From positions 96,001-160,000 of the forward strand of contig OY968764.1 in NCBI GenBank assembly GCA_963695335.1: a DNA stretch of 64,000 nucleotides, given 5' to 3'. Source of the stretch: an uncultured bacterium (GTDB lineage Bacteria > Babelota > Babeliae > Babelales > Vermiphilaceae). A program made the translations under genes and the position numbers. Position 1 is the stretch's first letter; the number at the start of each line of letters is the position of its first letter. Positions 43,949 through 53,092 of this stretch are shown piece by piece. The notes below the pieces were generated by a model. It did not search any database, was not told where the DNA came from, and saw only the letters and a list, made by a program, of their open reading frames with translations.

Positions 43949-44410
43949 ATGGAATTAGAAGTACGACAATCACCACCGCAATCACCAAGAACAGTACAAG
44001 TTTCTCAAAAACCAGCTCAAGTAAATTTAGGCCCAGAATATGAAGCAATAAAAAATATGGTCGATGAAAAGTATAAACAAATCCAACAACAAAGAAATTC
44101 AGAAAATGCCAAAACACTCAATTCTGCTCTGAGTGAACATCGTGAAACAATCACAACAATATTCAATGAACAAATAACTGAACGTCTCAATCTACTCCTG
44201 ACCGACTTAGCATATGCAAAACAAAGTATAACAGCGCTACAAAAAGACAACTTAGAACTAAAACAAAAAATTGCATCTTTAGACTCAGGTGCAACTTTTC
44301 TAAAATATGCTGCTATAACGAGTTTTTTTGCTCTATTAATTGGAGCAGTTGCAACTTCAGGCAAAATAATGGCTATGATTAATCATGTGATCAATCAAAA
44401 TATCAAATAA
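43949..44410 (+). CDS. Coiled-coil protein with C-terminal TM helix
   Basis: Heptad-rich body; YAAITSFFALLIGAVA near the C-terminus. Confidence 0.7.
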   Translation: MELEVRQSPPQSPRTVQVSQKPAQVNLGPEYEAIKNMVDEKYKQIQQQRNSENAKTLNSALSEHRETITTIFNEQITERLNLLLTDLAYAKQSITALQKDNLELKQKIASLDSGATFLKYAAITSFFALLIGAVATSGKIMAMINHVINQNIK

Positions 44411-44427
44411 AAAAGAGGAGTGTTGTA

Positions 44428-44865
44428 ATGGAGATACAACAACATCAAAATCCACTCATAGAAATGGTGCACAAAGTTGAAAAAGACGTTAAAAAAATAG
44501 AACATCCTTTTGCAGAAATAGAACACAAAACTGGACATCTGGAAGAATCACTCGAGAAAAAAGCTGATGAAAAAGAATTATCCGTCGAAGAAAATGTTGT
44601 AGACCAAATACTCAAAAGTCCAAATACAGAAAAACTACTTGAATATATAGCAAATCACCCAAGAACAAAAAAAATATGTGAAGATATAGCAGAAGAAAAA
44701 GTAGAACAATTAAAAAAAGAACTTACTGAACAAATAAAAAATATAGAAAATAAATATTCACAAGATGCAGATAAAATGATATCTATTGGCAAGAACATAG
44801 CGTATGCTAGTGCTGTTCTAGGGATCATAATCATAGCACACATAGCTATGAAACTATATTCCTAA
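44428..44865 (+). CDS. Coiled-coil tail-anchored protein
   Basis: GAGGAG RBS; K/E-rich helix; AYASAVLGIIIIAHIAM at the C-terminus. Confidence 0.75.
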   Translation: MEIQQHQNPLIEMVHKVEKDVKKIEHPFAEIEHKTGHLEESLEKKADEKELSVEENVVDQILKSPNTEKLLEYIANHPRTKKICEDIAEEKVEQLKKELTEQIKNIENKYSQDADKMISIGKNIAYASAVLGIIIIAHIAMKLYS

Positions 44866-44913
44866 ATTACTGTAGTTACTCAGTCTATCAACACACAAAA
44901 AGATCGTAAAAAT

Positions 44914-45501
44914 ATGGAACAAACACCACCAGTACCACAAATAGTCATCACACAACCTGCTAAAACTAAGCACAATACAGTAAGCCGACAACAGATATTA
45001 GACACAGTAACAAAACACAAACATGAACATAACAATCAAATAAAAGAGATAAAAAAAATTATCTTTCAATCTACTAATCTTCTAAATGAGCAAGAAGAAG
45101 CTATTCTAAAGCAACAAGAAATAACTACAAAACATGAAAAATTAATTGATGGACTCAACTCAGAACAAATAAAACTTGATATGTCAATTTTAATGCTCGC
45201 TGAGACTGGCACAAGCTTACAAGAAAAATTAGAAAATAATGAAAAAATCACTCAATTATTATGCAAAGCTCGCGGCGATATTGAAACTGAATTTATCGCA
45301 CTCAAAAAAATAACCTCAAACCTAGAAACCAAAATAAGCAACAACGAAGAACAAATTTCATCGCTGCACAGAGAACTGATCCTACAAAATACGCTTCATG
45401 AAATCGAAGCGCAAGAACTCAAAACTACGGTTGAAAAACAAAAGCAGGCAATGTTCAACTTAACAGCGCTCATCTTACTATGGTACTATTCCAAAAAATG
45501 A
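44914..45501 (+). CDS. Coiled-coil protein with hydrophobic C-terminus
   Basis: Long heptad region ending FNLTALILLWYYSKK. Confidence 0.7.
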   Translation: MEQTPPVPQIVITQPAKTKHNTVSRQQILDTVTKHKHEHNNQIKEIKKIIFQSTNLLNEQEEAILKQQEITTKHEKLIDGLNSEQIKLDMSILMLAETGTSLQEKLENNEKITQLLCKARGDIETEFIALKKITSNLETKISNNEEQISSLHRELILQNTLHEIEAQELKTTVEKQKQAMFNLTALILLWYYSKK

Positions 45502-45505
45502 AATA

Positions 45506-46168
45506 TCACAAGTTAGATTCTTTAATCGCATCTAAATAAATATCAATACTATATTCAACTGCAGAAATGATAACTGCATAAAACTGATCAAAATCATCCG
45601 TTTGCCGTGCATGTTCAATTGCATCAATATATGCAGAACGCTGTTCTTTTTGAATAATTGCCAACGGATATCCCTGCTGTAACAGTAATAAATTCATCAA
45701 CAAACGGGCTGTTTTAACATTGTAAATTGTTGCCAATTTATAATGCGCCAGCGCTGCAATAATCACTGGATGATCTGTGACGGAATTTAACCATTGTATA
45801 AAAATAATAAGATCCAAAGATGGATCTATTTTTTCTGAACTGTATTTGTAAAGAGCACAAACGTCTTCAACAGAAATAGCATTTTGGCTACGTACAAGCG
45901 TTGCAATAAATTTCATTGCTCGCGCACAATCAATAAGTTCAATATGTTCTTGTAATGTTTTACCACCAATAGCAATGCCCTTTTCAACAACAATAGCTGT
46001 TTCCATATGGGATAGGCTATTGCCTTCAAGGGCATTTGTTTCATAAATAAAATTTATCGTAAGCCATTCTTGCAAATTTTTTTCTAATTCTGGCGGCAGA
46101 GGACGTACTGCATCTAATTGTTTCTTTTTTTCATCAATACGTTTGAGGGATTCTTGTATATTTTCCAT
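45506..46168 (-). CDS. Fic-family protein lacking the catalytic loop
   Basis: RPLP, ETNALEGNSL, IGGKTLQEH, AHYKLATI-YNVK-TARLLMN..GYP. Confidence 0.8.
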   Translation of the reverse strand: MENIQESLKRIDEKKKQLDAVRPLPPELEKNLQEWLTINFIYETNALEGNSLSHMETAIVVEKGIAIGGKTLQEHIELIDCARAMKFIATLVRSQNAISVEDVCALYKYSSEKIDPSLDLIIFIQWLNSVTDHPVIIAALAHYKLATIYNVKTARLLMNLLLLQQGYPLAIIQKEQRSAYIDAIEHARQTDDFDQFYAVIISAVEYSIDIYLDAIKESNL

Positions 46169-46243
46169 ACATTATCTTTCTGCTCATCTATCCAATAAGA
46201 TAGCAAGCTATTTAAGCTGCCCAACGCCCTTACCGCCACGCTT

Positions 46244-47395
46244 TGTCTAGGTTCAGAAACATATGAGACTAAAAAAAATAAAATCTTAAAGTAATAGATT
46301 AGAATTTAATACAATAGGGCCAGCCATAAAAATATCAAATTTAGGAGGCCCTATTATGATGCAGACGAGTATTCTGCAAAAACGACTATATCACATTAAT
46401 GCAGTAGATGAAACAGACTATTCCAAAATTGTATACGAACGCAGAGATAAGCTTGATAAAATGGTACTTTTGCTCAGTGAAGGATGCTCAGAAAGCGCGG
46501 CCTTAGAAGCTATCAATATCCCTCGTTCAACATATTATCGATGGAAGCGAAACTACAGATTATTTGGACTTGCCGGACTGGAAGATGAAAGCAGACGTCC
46601 CACTCATAGGCGTAAGCCAAATTGGTCAAAAGAAATTGAATTACGAGTATATGATTTACGTAAAAAATATCCTTTATGGGGCAAGCAAAAACTTGCCGTT
46701 ATGTATCAACGAAAATACAACATTAAAATATCGCAAAGCATGATTGGAAGAATACTTTCGAAATTATTGAAGCGTGGAAAAATTACACGAGTAAAAGTAC
46801 TTCTTTATGGAAAAAACGAAACAAAAAAACGTATTTTTGATAACCATGCCCAGCGATGGAAACATGGCATGAAAGCGCGACAAGCTGGTGAATTAGTTCA
46901 GATAGACCATATGACGGTAAATATTCCAGGATTTGGATATCTTAAACACTTTAGTGCGACTTGCCCTACCACAAAATACACTGCTTATCAGGTTTATCAG
47001 GAGGCGACAAGTAAAAATGCTGCCGATTTTCTTGAGCATATCAAACAGGAATTGCCTTTTCCGATCCGGTCAATCCAAGTGGATGGAGGAGCCGAATTTA
47101 TGGCATATTTTGAAAATGCCTGTAAAAAAGCCAAGATTCCCCTTTTTGTGCTACCTCCTCGATGCCCCGAACTTAATGGGAACGTCGAAAGAAATAATGG
47201 TACTGCAAAATATGAGTTTTATGCTCAATACAACGCATTTCCCAACTTTTATACAATTAGGCAAAATCTACAAAAATTTGGTTTATTCTACAATTTTGAG
47301 CGCCCTCACCAAGGAATAGGGCTTTTGACACCCAGTCAATTTTGCGAGAAAATAAATATAAGGCCCTGAAGTCTCATATGTACTGAACCAGGACA
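46244..47395 (+). mobile_element. IS481-family insertion sequence
   Basis: TIRs TGTCTAGGTTCAGAAACATATGAGACT / AGTCTCATATGTACTGAACCAGGACA; 5-bp target duplication CGCTT at 46239-46243 and 47396-47400. Confidence 0.9.
46356..47369 (+). CDS. IS481-family transposase (rve integrase core)
   Basis: STYYRW HTH, SRRP, WGKQKL, VQIDH, IQVDGGAEF, NGNVER, YNFERPH. Confidence 0.92.
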   Translation: MMQTSILQKRLYHINAVDETDYSKIVYERRDKLDKMVLLLSEGCSESAALEAINIPRSTYYRWKRNYRLFGLAGLEDESRRPTHRRKPNWSKEIELRVYDLRKKYPLWGKQKLAVMYQRKYNIKISQSMIGRILSKLLKRGKITRVKVLLYGKNETKKRIFDNHAQRWKHGMKARQAGELVQIDHMTVNIPGFGYLKHFSATCPTTKYTAYQVYQEATSKNAADFLEHIKQELPFPIRSIQVDGGAEFMAYFENACKKAKIPLFVLPPRCPELNGNVERNNGTAKYEFYAQYNAFPNFYTIRQNLQKFGLFYNFERPHQGIGLLTPSQFCEKINIRP

Positions 47396-47499
47396 CGCTT
47401 TTGACAAACTGAATTGTTTTTCGTAATATTATAGTAATAATCATAGTTTTATACATTATATCAATATTTCTATTATTTTTACCAAAAGGGACAATTCTT

Positions 47500-49059
47500 A
47501 TGAAAAAATATCAATTATATCACGTTTTAACGCTCTTAGTGGGCCTACAAGGTCCTATCGCTATCTTAGCTGAAGAAAGCTTCAATCTCCCTAAGCTAAC
47601 TGTTAACGTCCATTTGGATAACTTAGATAACTTAAGTGAAGCTATTGGAGATGGCACTAAAGATATTATCAAAGAAGTTGTTACAAGTGTTGCTGAAGGT
47701 ATTGCACAAGCAGGAACAGATAAATCTTTTGGCAAAAACTTAAAAGAAGGTCTTACTGGCATAACACATCAAACTGCCGATGCCTTTAAAGATGCAATGA
47801 ATGACAAACATATCGGAGATTCTCTTAGAGAAGGTCTTACAACTGGTGCTACACAAGCAACAGATGCTTTCAAAGATGCAATGAACGATCCAAATCTAAA
47901 AAATAGTATTAAAGATGGTGCTGATGCTTGGGCATCTAATGTCGGACAAGCAGCACAAGGAGCACAGCAAGGTCTTGAAAGAGAAGTTTGGCCATCTGTA
48001 ACAAAAATGAGTAATCAAGGTATTGCTTCAATTTTTAATCTACAAAACGCTATGCAAATAGTCGGACCATATGCATTTGGTGCCGTAGTCTCTATATCTG
48101 CAACATATGGAACAAAATTAGCATGGCAACTTCTTGAGAAAAAACTCTTAAATCCAAAACCAACAATTTTATTGCCAGGCGCAAAAGTTGGTCGCTGGGA
48201 TAGAGTAAGCCGTTGGAGATCTGGATACCAATCGCCTGCAATGATTTTTGATGAACAAGTTAAAGATCGTCTTATAGAAATTGAAGAAAAAACAAAAAAT
48301 ATTCGTGATCATATTTATAACGGTAAAAAAGCAACCTATGATAACTTGCTTCTTTACGGTAAACCAGGTACGGGTAAAACATTATTTGCACAAATCTTAG
48401 CAGATAAAACTAACATGGATTTCTTGCCTGTTACTGCAGGTTCATTATTGCAATCTGGTGTTGAAGGTATTAAATACGTCAACGAACTTGTTGATATAGC
48501 TAATAATAGTAGATATGGCGCAATTATTTTTGTTGATGAAGCCGATGCTCTCTTTGTAAATAGAGACAGCCTTGACCCTTCATCTGACCATTACAAAGTA
48601 CTCAACCACATCTTGGCTCTCACTGGTAATGGTAGCAATAAATTTATGTTAATTGCTGCAACAAACCACGCATACGTAATGGATGAAGCAATGGGTCGTC
48701 GTTTTCAAGACCGTGTATTAATGCCATTGCCGAACACAACAACACGTAAAGAACTATTCGATCTTTATAATAATAATGTTCTATTTAATACAAAAAATAA
48801 TGGCACAGAATTTGTTAAAACAGCTAAATCATTACTAACGCCACAACAGATCAATACCTTGGTAGAACAAACAGAAGGTTTATCACACGCTGAAATAAAA
48901 GATGCTGTGCATGCAATGCATAAAAAAGCGCTTGCAACCAAGACAGGCATCATCACTATGACACACATTAACAATGCTATTAAACAAGCTATTGAAAAAC
49001 GTGAAGCACTTGAAGCTGATAAACAAGAGCGTGAACAACATCACAAAGTAATCGCTTAA
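47500..49059 (+). CDS. AAA+ ATPase, ATAD3-like, with signal peptide and TM segment
   Basis: [43 protein letters not shown]. Confidence 0.8.
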   Translation: [519 protein letters not shown]

Positions 49060-49077
49060 TATTTTATACATAATAAA

Positions 49078-49123
49078 AGAAAAAGGTTTGCAGACCAATC
49101 ATGGCTTGCAAACCTTTTTCTTT
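49078..49123. terminator. Bidirectional terminator
   Basis: AAAAGGTTTGCA..TGCAAACCTTTT between convergent genes. Confidence 0.7.
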
Positions 49124-49153
49124 TATTAAATTTTACTCTTTAAATATCACCTA

Positions 49154-49969
49154 TCACGCTGCTGCATAAAATTTTTGGTACAAAACATATGCGATAATTC
49201 CAACAATTGAAGCGCCAAACAATTTTTTGATTCGAGAATAAAACAAAGCCGTTTTGATTGCTTTGTAATCTTGTCTTATTTCTTCTTTTACTTCTTTTCC
49301 AAAGTACCCATTAATTCCTTGAGCATATTCCTGCAAGTGCTCTTTGTGTGTACCAGCTTCACGTAACTCTCTTTTACATATAATACCAGCGTCGCACAGC
49401 TCTTTTTCAAGATCTTTGGTAGGCACAATTGTTAGTACTACACTACCCTCATTCTCTATATGTCCTGGTTCACAGCATGGCATTTCTTTAAATTGATTTA
49501 AAAAAACTTGAGGATCCATCTTATCAAAGCTCGTATTTAGTTGAATTTTAAACCCATTTTCCATACCTTCGAATTGCTTTGAACAAGATAAGAGTTCATC
49601 ATGACGCTCCTTAAAAGAAACATTTGATTTTCGTGGATCAATATTGTCTTTCATAAAATATCTATAAGGAACCAATGTAATAGGATCAAGAAATTTTTGT
49701 AAACTCTGTTCTTCTTCTGATGCCCATCTACTCTTTTCTCCTCGAGTCCACTGATAATATATCATTAAAAAAGGCTCATTCTGTTGACATTGTATGCCAT
49801 ACTCATTGTTCAAAAAATCGATATATTTTTTATCACAATACCGCAATGGATTATAAGTTAATCGGCCAACATGAGCATCAAAAATAACAATTTCATCATT
49901 TTTTTCACTACCAAAAACTTGTCCAACACAACCACTCAACACAAGCAACTTCAACAACACGTTTTTCAT
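49154..49969 (-). CDS. Hypothetical exported protein with C-terminal TM helix
   Basis: Signal peptide ending QVFG-SEK; LFGASIVGIIAYVLY. Confidence 0.72.
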   Translation of the reverse strand: MKNVLLKLLVLSGCVGQVFGSEKNDEIVIFDAHVGRLTYNPLRYCDKKYIDFLNNEYGIQCQQNEPFLMIYYQWTRGEKSRWASEEEQSLQKFLDPITLVPYRYFMKDNIDPRKSNVSFKERHDELLSCSKQFEGMENGFKIQLNTSFDKMDPQVFLNQFKEMPCCEPGHIENEGSVVLTIVPTKDLEKELCDAGIICKRELREAGTHKEHLQEYAQGINGYFGKEVKEEIRQDYKAIKTALFYSRIKKLFGASIVGIIAYVLYQKFYAAA

Positions 49970-50095
49970 AATTTTTATCCCCATCGAATACACAAATTGT
50001 AATAGATCATAATACAATCATATCCTGACAAACAAATTTGAGCAACTCAGCTATTTTCATTTACAACAACAATCTTTTTCCTGTATTCTTAAACC

Positions 50096-52075
50096 ATGTT
50101 TATTCGCGTCAAACTCCTTAATGGATTACCTGAACCTCTCTGGTACACTGTACCACAAAACCTTATCAATAAACCTTTATCAGGTCTTATTGTACAAGTA
50201 CCGGTACGCAATCGTATCATTCCTGCACTTGTTATTGACGAACACAAAACAAAACCTTACAACATTACTTTTGAATTAAAAGAAATTCATGGCCTTGAAC
50301 CACTGCCAGCAGATAAACATTATCACAGTTTTTTACACAAACTTGGTGATTATTACCAAGTTGAGCCAATTTATTTTATTAAACGGATTCATCAATTTTT
50401 AATCAATAAACCAGAAACCGAACTTATTATAAATAAAGAAGAAAAAAAACCTTATTCCACTTGTAACACGATAGTGTTAACAAGTGAACAAATAAAAGTA
50501 TGTGATTATACCGCACCCAATATTAGCAACAATAAATTTACACCCGTGCTCATGCACGGCGTAACTGGATCAGGAAAAACAGAGGTTTATAAACATCTGT
50601 TTCTTGAAGCGCTCCAACACAACAAAACAAGTTTATTACTGCTGCCAGAAGTTACCCTTGCAATTGCGTTTGAAAATCGTCTGAAACAAGAACTGCCAGA
50701 TATGCCAATTTATGGTTTCCATTCAGGCAAAACACCCAAAGAAAAAAACAGTGTCTGGAATAACCTTAACAATCAGACACCAATGATTTTAATTGGTGTG
50801 CATTTGCCAATACTGCTACCCATTGCCAACCTTGGTTTAATAGTCATTGATGAAGAACATGAAGTTGGGTATCAAGAAAAAAAACATCCCAAAATTAATA
50901 GTAAAGAAGCTGCAATTATTCGTGCTCAAACTGCAAACATTCCTATTCTGCTCGGTTCTGCAACACCATCGTTGCAAACATTACACAATGTTAAAACAAA
51001 AAAATGGGCATTTTTTCAACTCAAAAAAAGATTCTCTGGGACCTTGCCAACGGTAAAAGTTGTTTCTTTAACTGAAAACAAAAATAGAAAGCAGTTTTGG
51101 ATCAGTAAAGAATTAGAACATGAGATTAAAGATCGATTAACAAAAAATGAACAAACTATTATTTTCATCAATCGGCGTGGTTTTAGTTTTTTTGTGCAAT
51201 GCAAACAGTGCACATTTATTTTTACATGCACCGATTGCTCAGTCAGTTTAACCTTACATGAAGACCAACGCTTAGTGTGCCATTATTGCGGCATTCACCA
51301 CACCTTGCCTGCCTCATGCCCTGAATGCAAAGTTCATGCAGAAAATTTTATAAAAAAAGGAATTGGCACCCAACAAGTTGTTACACTGCTCCAAAAAATG
51401 TTCCCGCAAGCAAACATTGCACGCGCTGATTTGGATACAAGTACCAAGAAAAAAGTGTGGCAGCAAACCATCACCGATATGATGGAAAACAAAATTAATA
51501 TTTTGGTGGGTACACAAACAATTACCAAAGGTTTTCATTTTCCTCATGTAACTTTGGTTGGTGTTTTATGGGCAGATTTGCAACTCAGTTTCCCCATTTA
51601 TAATGCCTCTGAAACCGCACTGCAACAACTCATTCAAGTATCGGGGCGTGCTGGTAGAAATCACGAACAGAGCACTGTTATTATTCAATCAATGGCAGAT
51701 CATGAACTGTTTAAACATTTGAATGAAATAGATTATCTTAAATTTTATGCAGAAGAAATGAATACACGCACCGAACTGCAGTACCCGCCCGTTGCACGAT
51801 TTGCAGAACTTGAATTAAAGCATGTGAATGAACAAAAATTGGAACAAGATGCGTATCATATTGTTGACGTTTTTTACGCATATGCAAAAAATCATACATT
51901 AAATGTCACTATTCTTGGGCCTGCAAAGCCACCAGTTTCTAAAATTAAAGCTGTACACAGTCGTAAAATTTATATTAAAAGTGCGAATTTTGCTGATATT
52001 GTCACGCTATATAAAGTGATTGATAAAAAACGATATAGCAGTTCGATTTACTTTACGCCAAATCCATTGACCTAA
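50096..52075 (+). CDS. priA: Primosomal protein N' (replication restart helicase)
   Basis: HGVTGSGKTEVY, IDEEH, GSATPS, NRRG, four CxxC zinc motifs, QVSGRAGR. Confidence 0.96.
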   Translation: MFIRVKLLNGLPEPLWYTVPQNLINKPLSGLIVQVPVRNRIIPALVIDEHKTKPYNITFELKEIHGLEPLPADKHYHSFLHKLGDYYQVEPIYFIKRIHQFLINKPETELIINKEEKKPYSTCNTIVLTSEQIKVCDYTAPNISNNKFTPVLMHGVTGSGKTEVYKHLFLEALQHNKTSLLLLPEVTLAIAFENRLKQELPDMPIYGFHSGKTPKEKNSVWNNLNNQTPMILIGVHLPILLPIANLGLIVIDEEHEVGYQEKKHPKINSKEAAIIRAQTANIPILLGSATPSLQTLHNVKTKKWAFFQLKKRFSGTLPTVKVVSLTENKNRKQFWISKELEHEIKDRLTKNEQTIIFINRRGFSFFVQCKQCTFIFTCTDCSVSLTLHEDQRLVCHYCGIHHTLPASCPECKVHAENFIKKGIGTQQVVTLLQKMFPQANIARADLDTSTKKKVWQQTITDMMENKINILVGTQTITKGFHFPHVTLVGVLWADLQLSFPIYNASETALQQLIQVSGRAGRNHEQSTVIIQSMADHELFKHLNEIDYLKFYAEEMNTRTELQYPPVARFAELELKHVNEQKLEQDAYHIVDVFYAYAKNHTLNVTILGPAKPPVSKIKAVHSRKIYIKSANFADIVTLYKVIDKKRYSSSIYFTPNPLT

Positions 52076-52077
52076 TT

Positions 52078-52187
52078 CGCGCTCAAAGATACCCTTCAAC
52101 CTGCCGTCGCCAAGGCTATGGCAGGCACGGCAAGTTCTCAAGGCAGGTGTTTACTACTGAGCCTGACGAAGTATCAGGGCGAGCGCG
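52078..52187. repeat. Nested composite repeat
   Basis: Inverted near-copy of 20129-20234. Confidence 0.88.
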
Positions 52188-52240
52188 GAAAAACAAGATA
52201 AAACATATATATTATCTAACTCTTCATCTAAATCTTTTAT

Positions 52241-52279
52241 GTGCGCTCATCCTGAACTTGTTGAAGGATTAAAGCGCAC
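52241..52279. repeat. Family-A palindrome abutting the orn stop
   Basis: GTGCGCTCATCCTGAACTTGTTGAAGGATTAAAGCGCAC. Confidence 0.88.
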
Positions 52280-52830
52280 TATACAAAAAAATTCTTTCTA
52301 TAATGCTGCAACTCAGCAATCGATTCATACACATCACTCATTGCGCGATGCCGATCAGACTTTTTAAATTCAATATTTTTATTATCAGGATACCAACGCT
52401 TAATCAATTCTTTAACACTTGAAACATCAATAATGCGATAGTGTAAATAACTACTAATGAGAGGCATATATTTATCCAAAAAAACACGGTCTTGCCATAC
52501 CGTGTTACCTGCAAGAATACCAGTTCCTTGTGCACAATTCTGTTTAATAAATGCAAAAATTTGTTCTTCGGCTTGATGCAATGATGTCTGTGAATTGCGA
52601 ACTTCTTCTATCAATCCCGTTTTACCATGCTGATCCTGACACCATTTACCCATCGCAGCTAATTTTTCTTCAGGTTGGTTAATGACCAAACGAGGTCCTT
52701 GCGCAATCACATTCAAATTACCATCGGTAATCACCGTAGCTATTTCCAAAATAACATCAGTTGCTATCACTAATCCCGTCATTTCAAGATCAAGCCACAC
52801 AAGATTTCCAAGAACTTCATTCTTTGCCAT
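52279..52830 (-). CDS. orn: Oligoribonuclease
   Basis: LVWLDLEMTGL, LAGN...DR.FL, HYRIIDVSS, HRA..D..ESI. Confidence 0.96.
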   Translation of the reverse strand: MAKNEVLGNLVWLDLEMTGLVIATDVILEIATVITDGNLNVIAQGPRLVINQPEEKLAAMGKWCQDQHGKTGLIEEVRNSQTSLHQAEEQIFAFIKQNCAQGTGILAGNTVWQDRVFLDKYMPLISSYLHYRIIDVSSVKELIKRWYPDNKNIEFKKSDRHRAMSDVYESIAELQHYRKNFFV

Positions 52831-52996
52831 ATGTATTCACCTATATAAAGAAAAATTTATTCTTATTTCCCATCATACCAAGATAGATGATTCTTTACCA
52901 TAATCCCGCAAAACAGTAGAATATAAACGCAGTTTGATATTTGTATAAAACGTAAACCGCAATTGACGACAAACTTACATTAGAATCAATCTATTC

Positions 52997-53062
52997 TGCG
53001 ATCATCCTGAGCCTGTTGAAGGGTTAAGCGCTTAATTCTTCAACAAGTTCAGAATGAGCGCA
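52997..53062. repeat. Family-A doublet upstream of ddl
   Basis: TGCGATCATCCTGAGCCTGTTGAAG..CTTCAACAAGTTCAGAATGAGCGCA. Confidence 0.85.
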
Positions 53063-53092
53063 ATAAGAACAAAATTTAAGGCTAATAAAATC

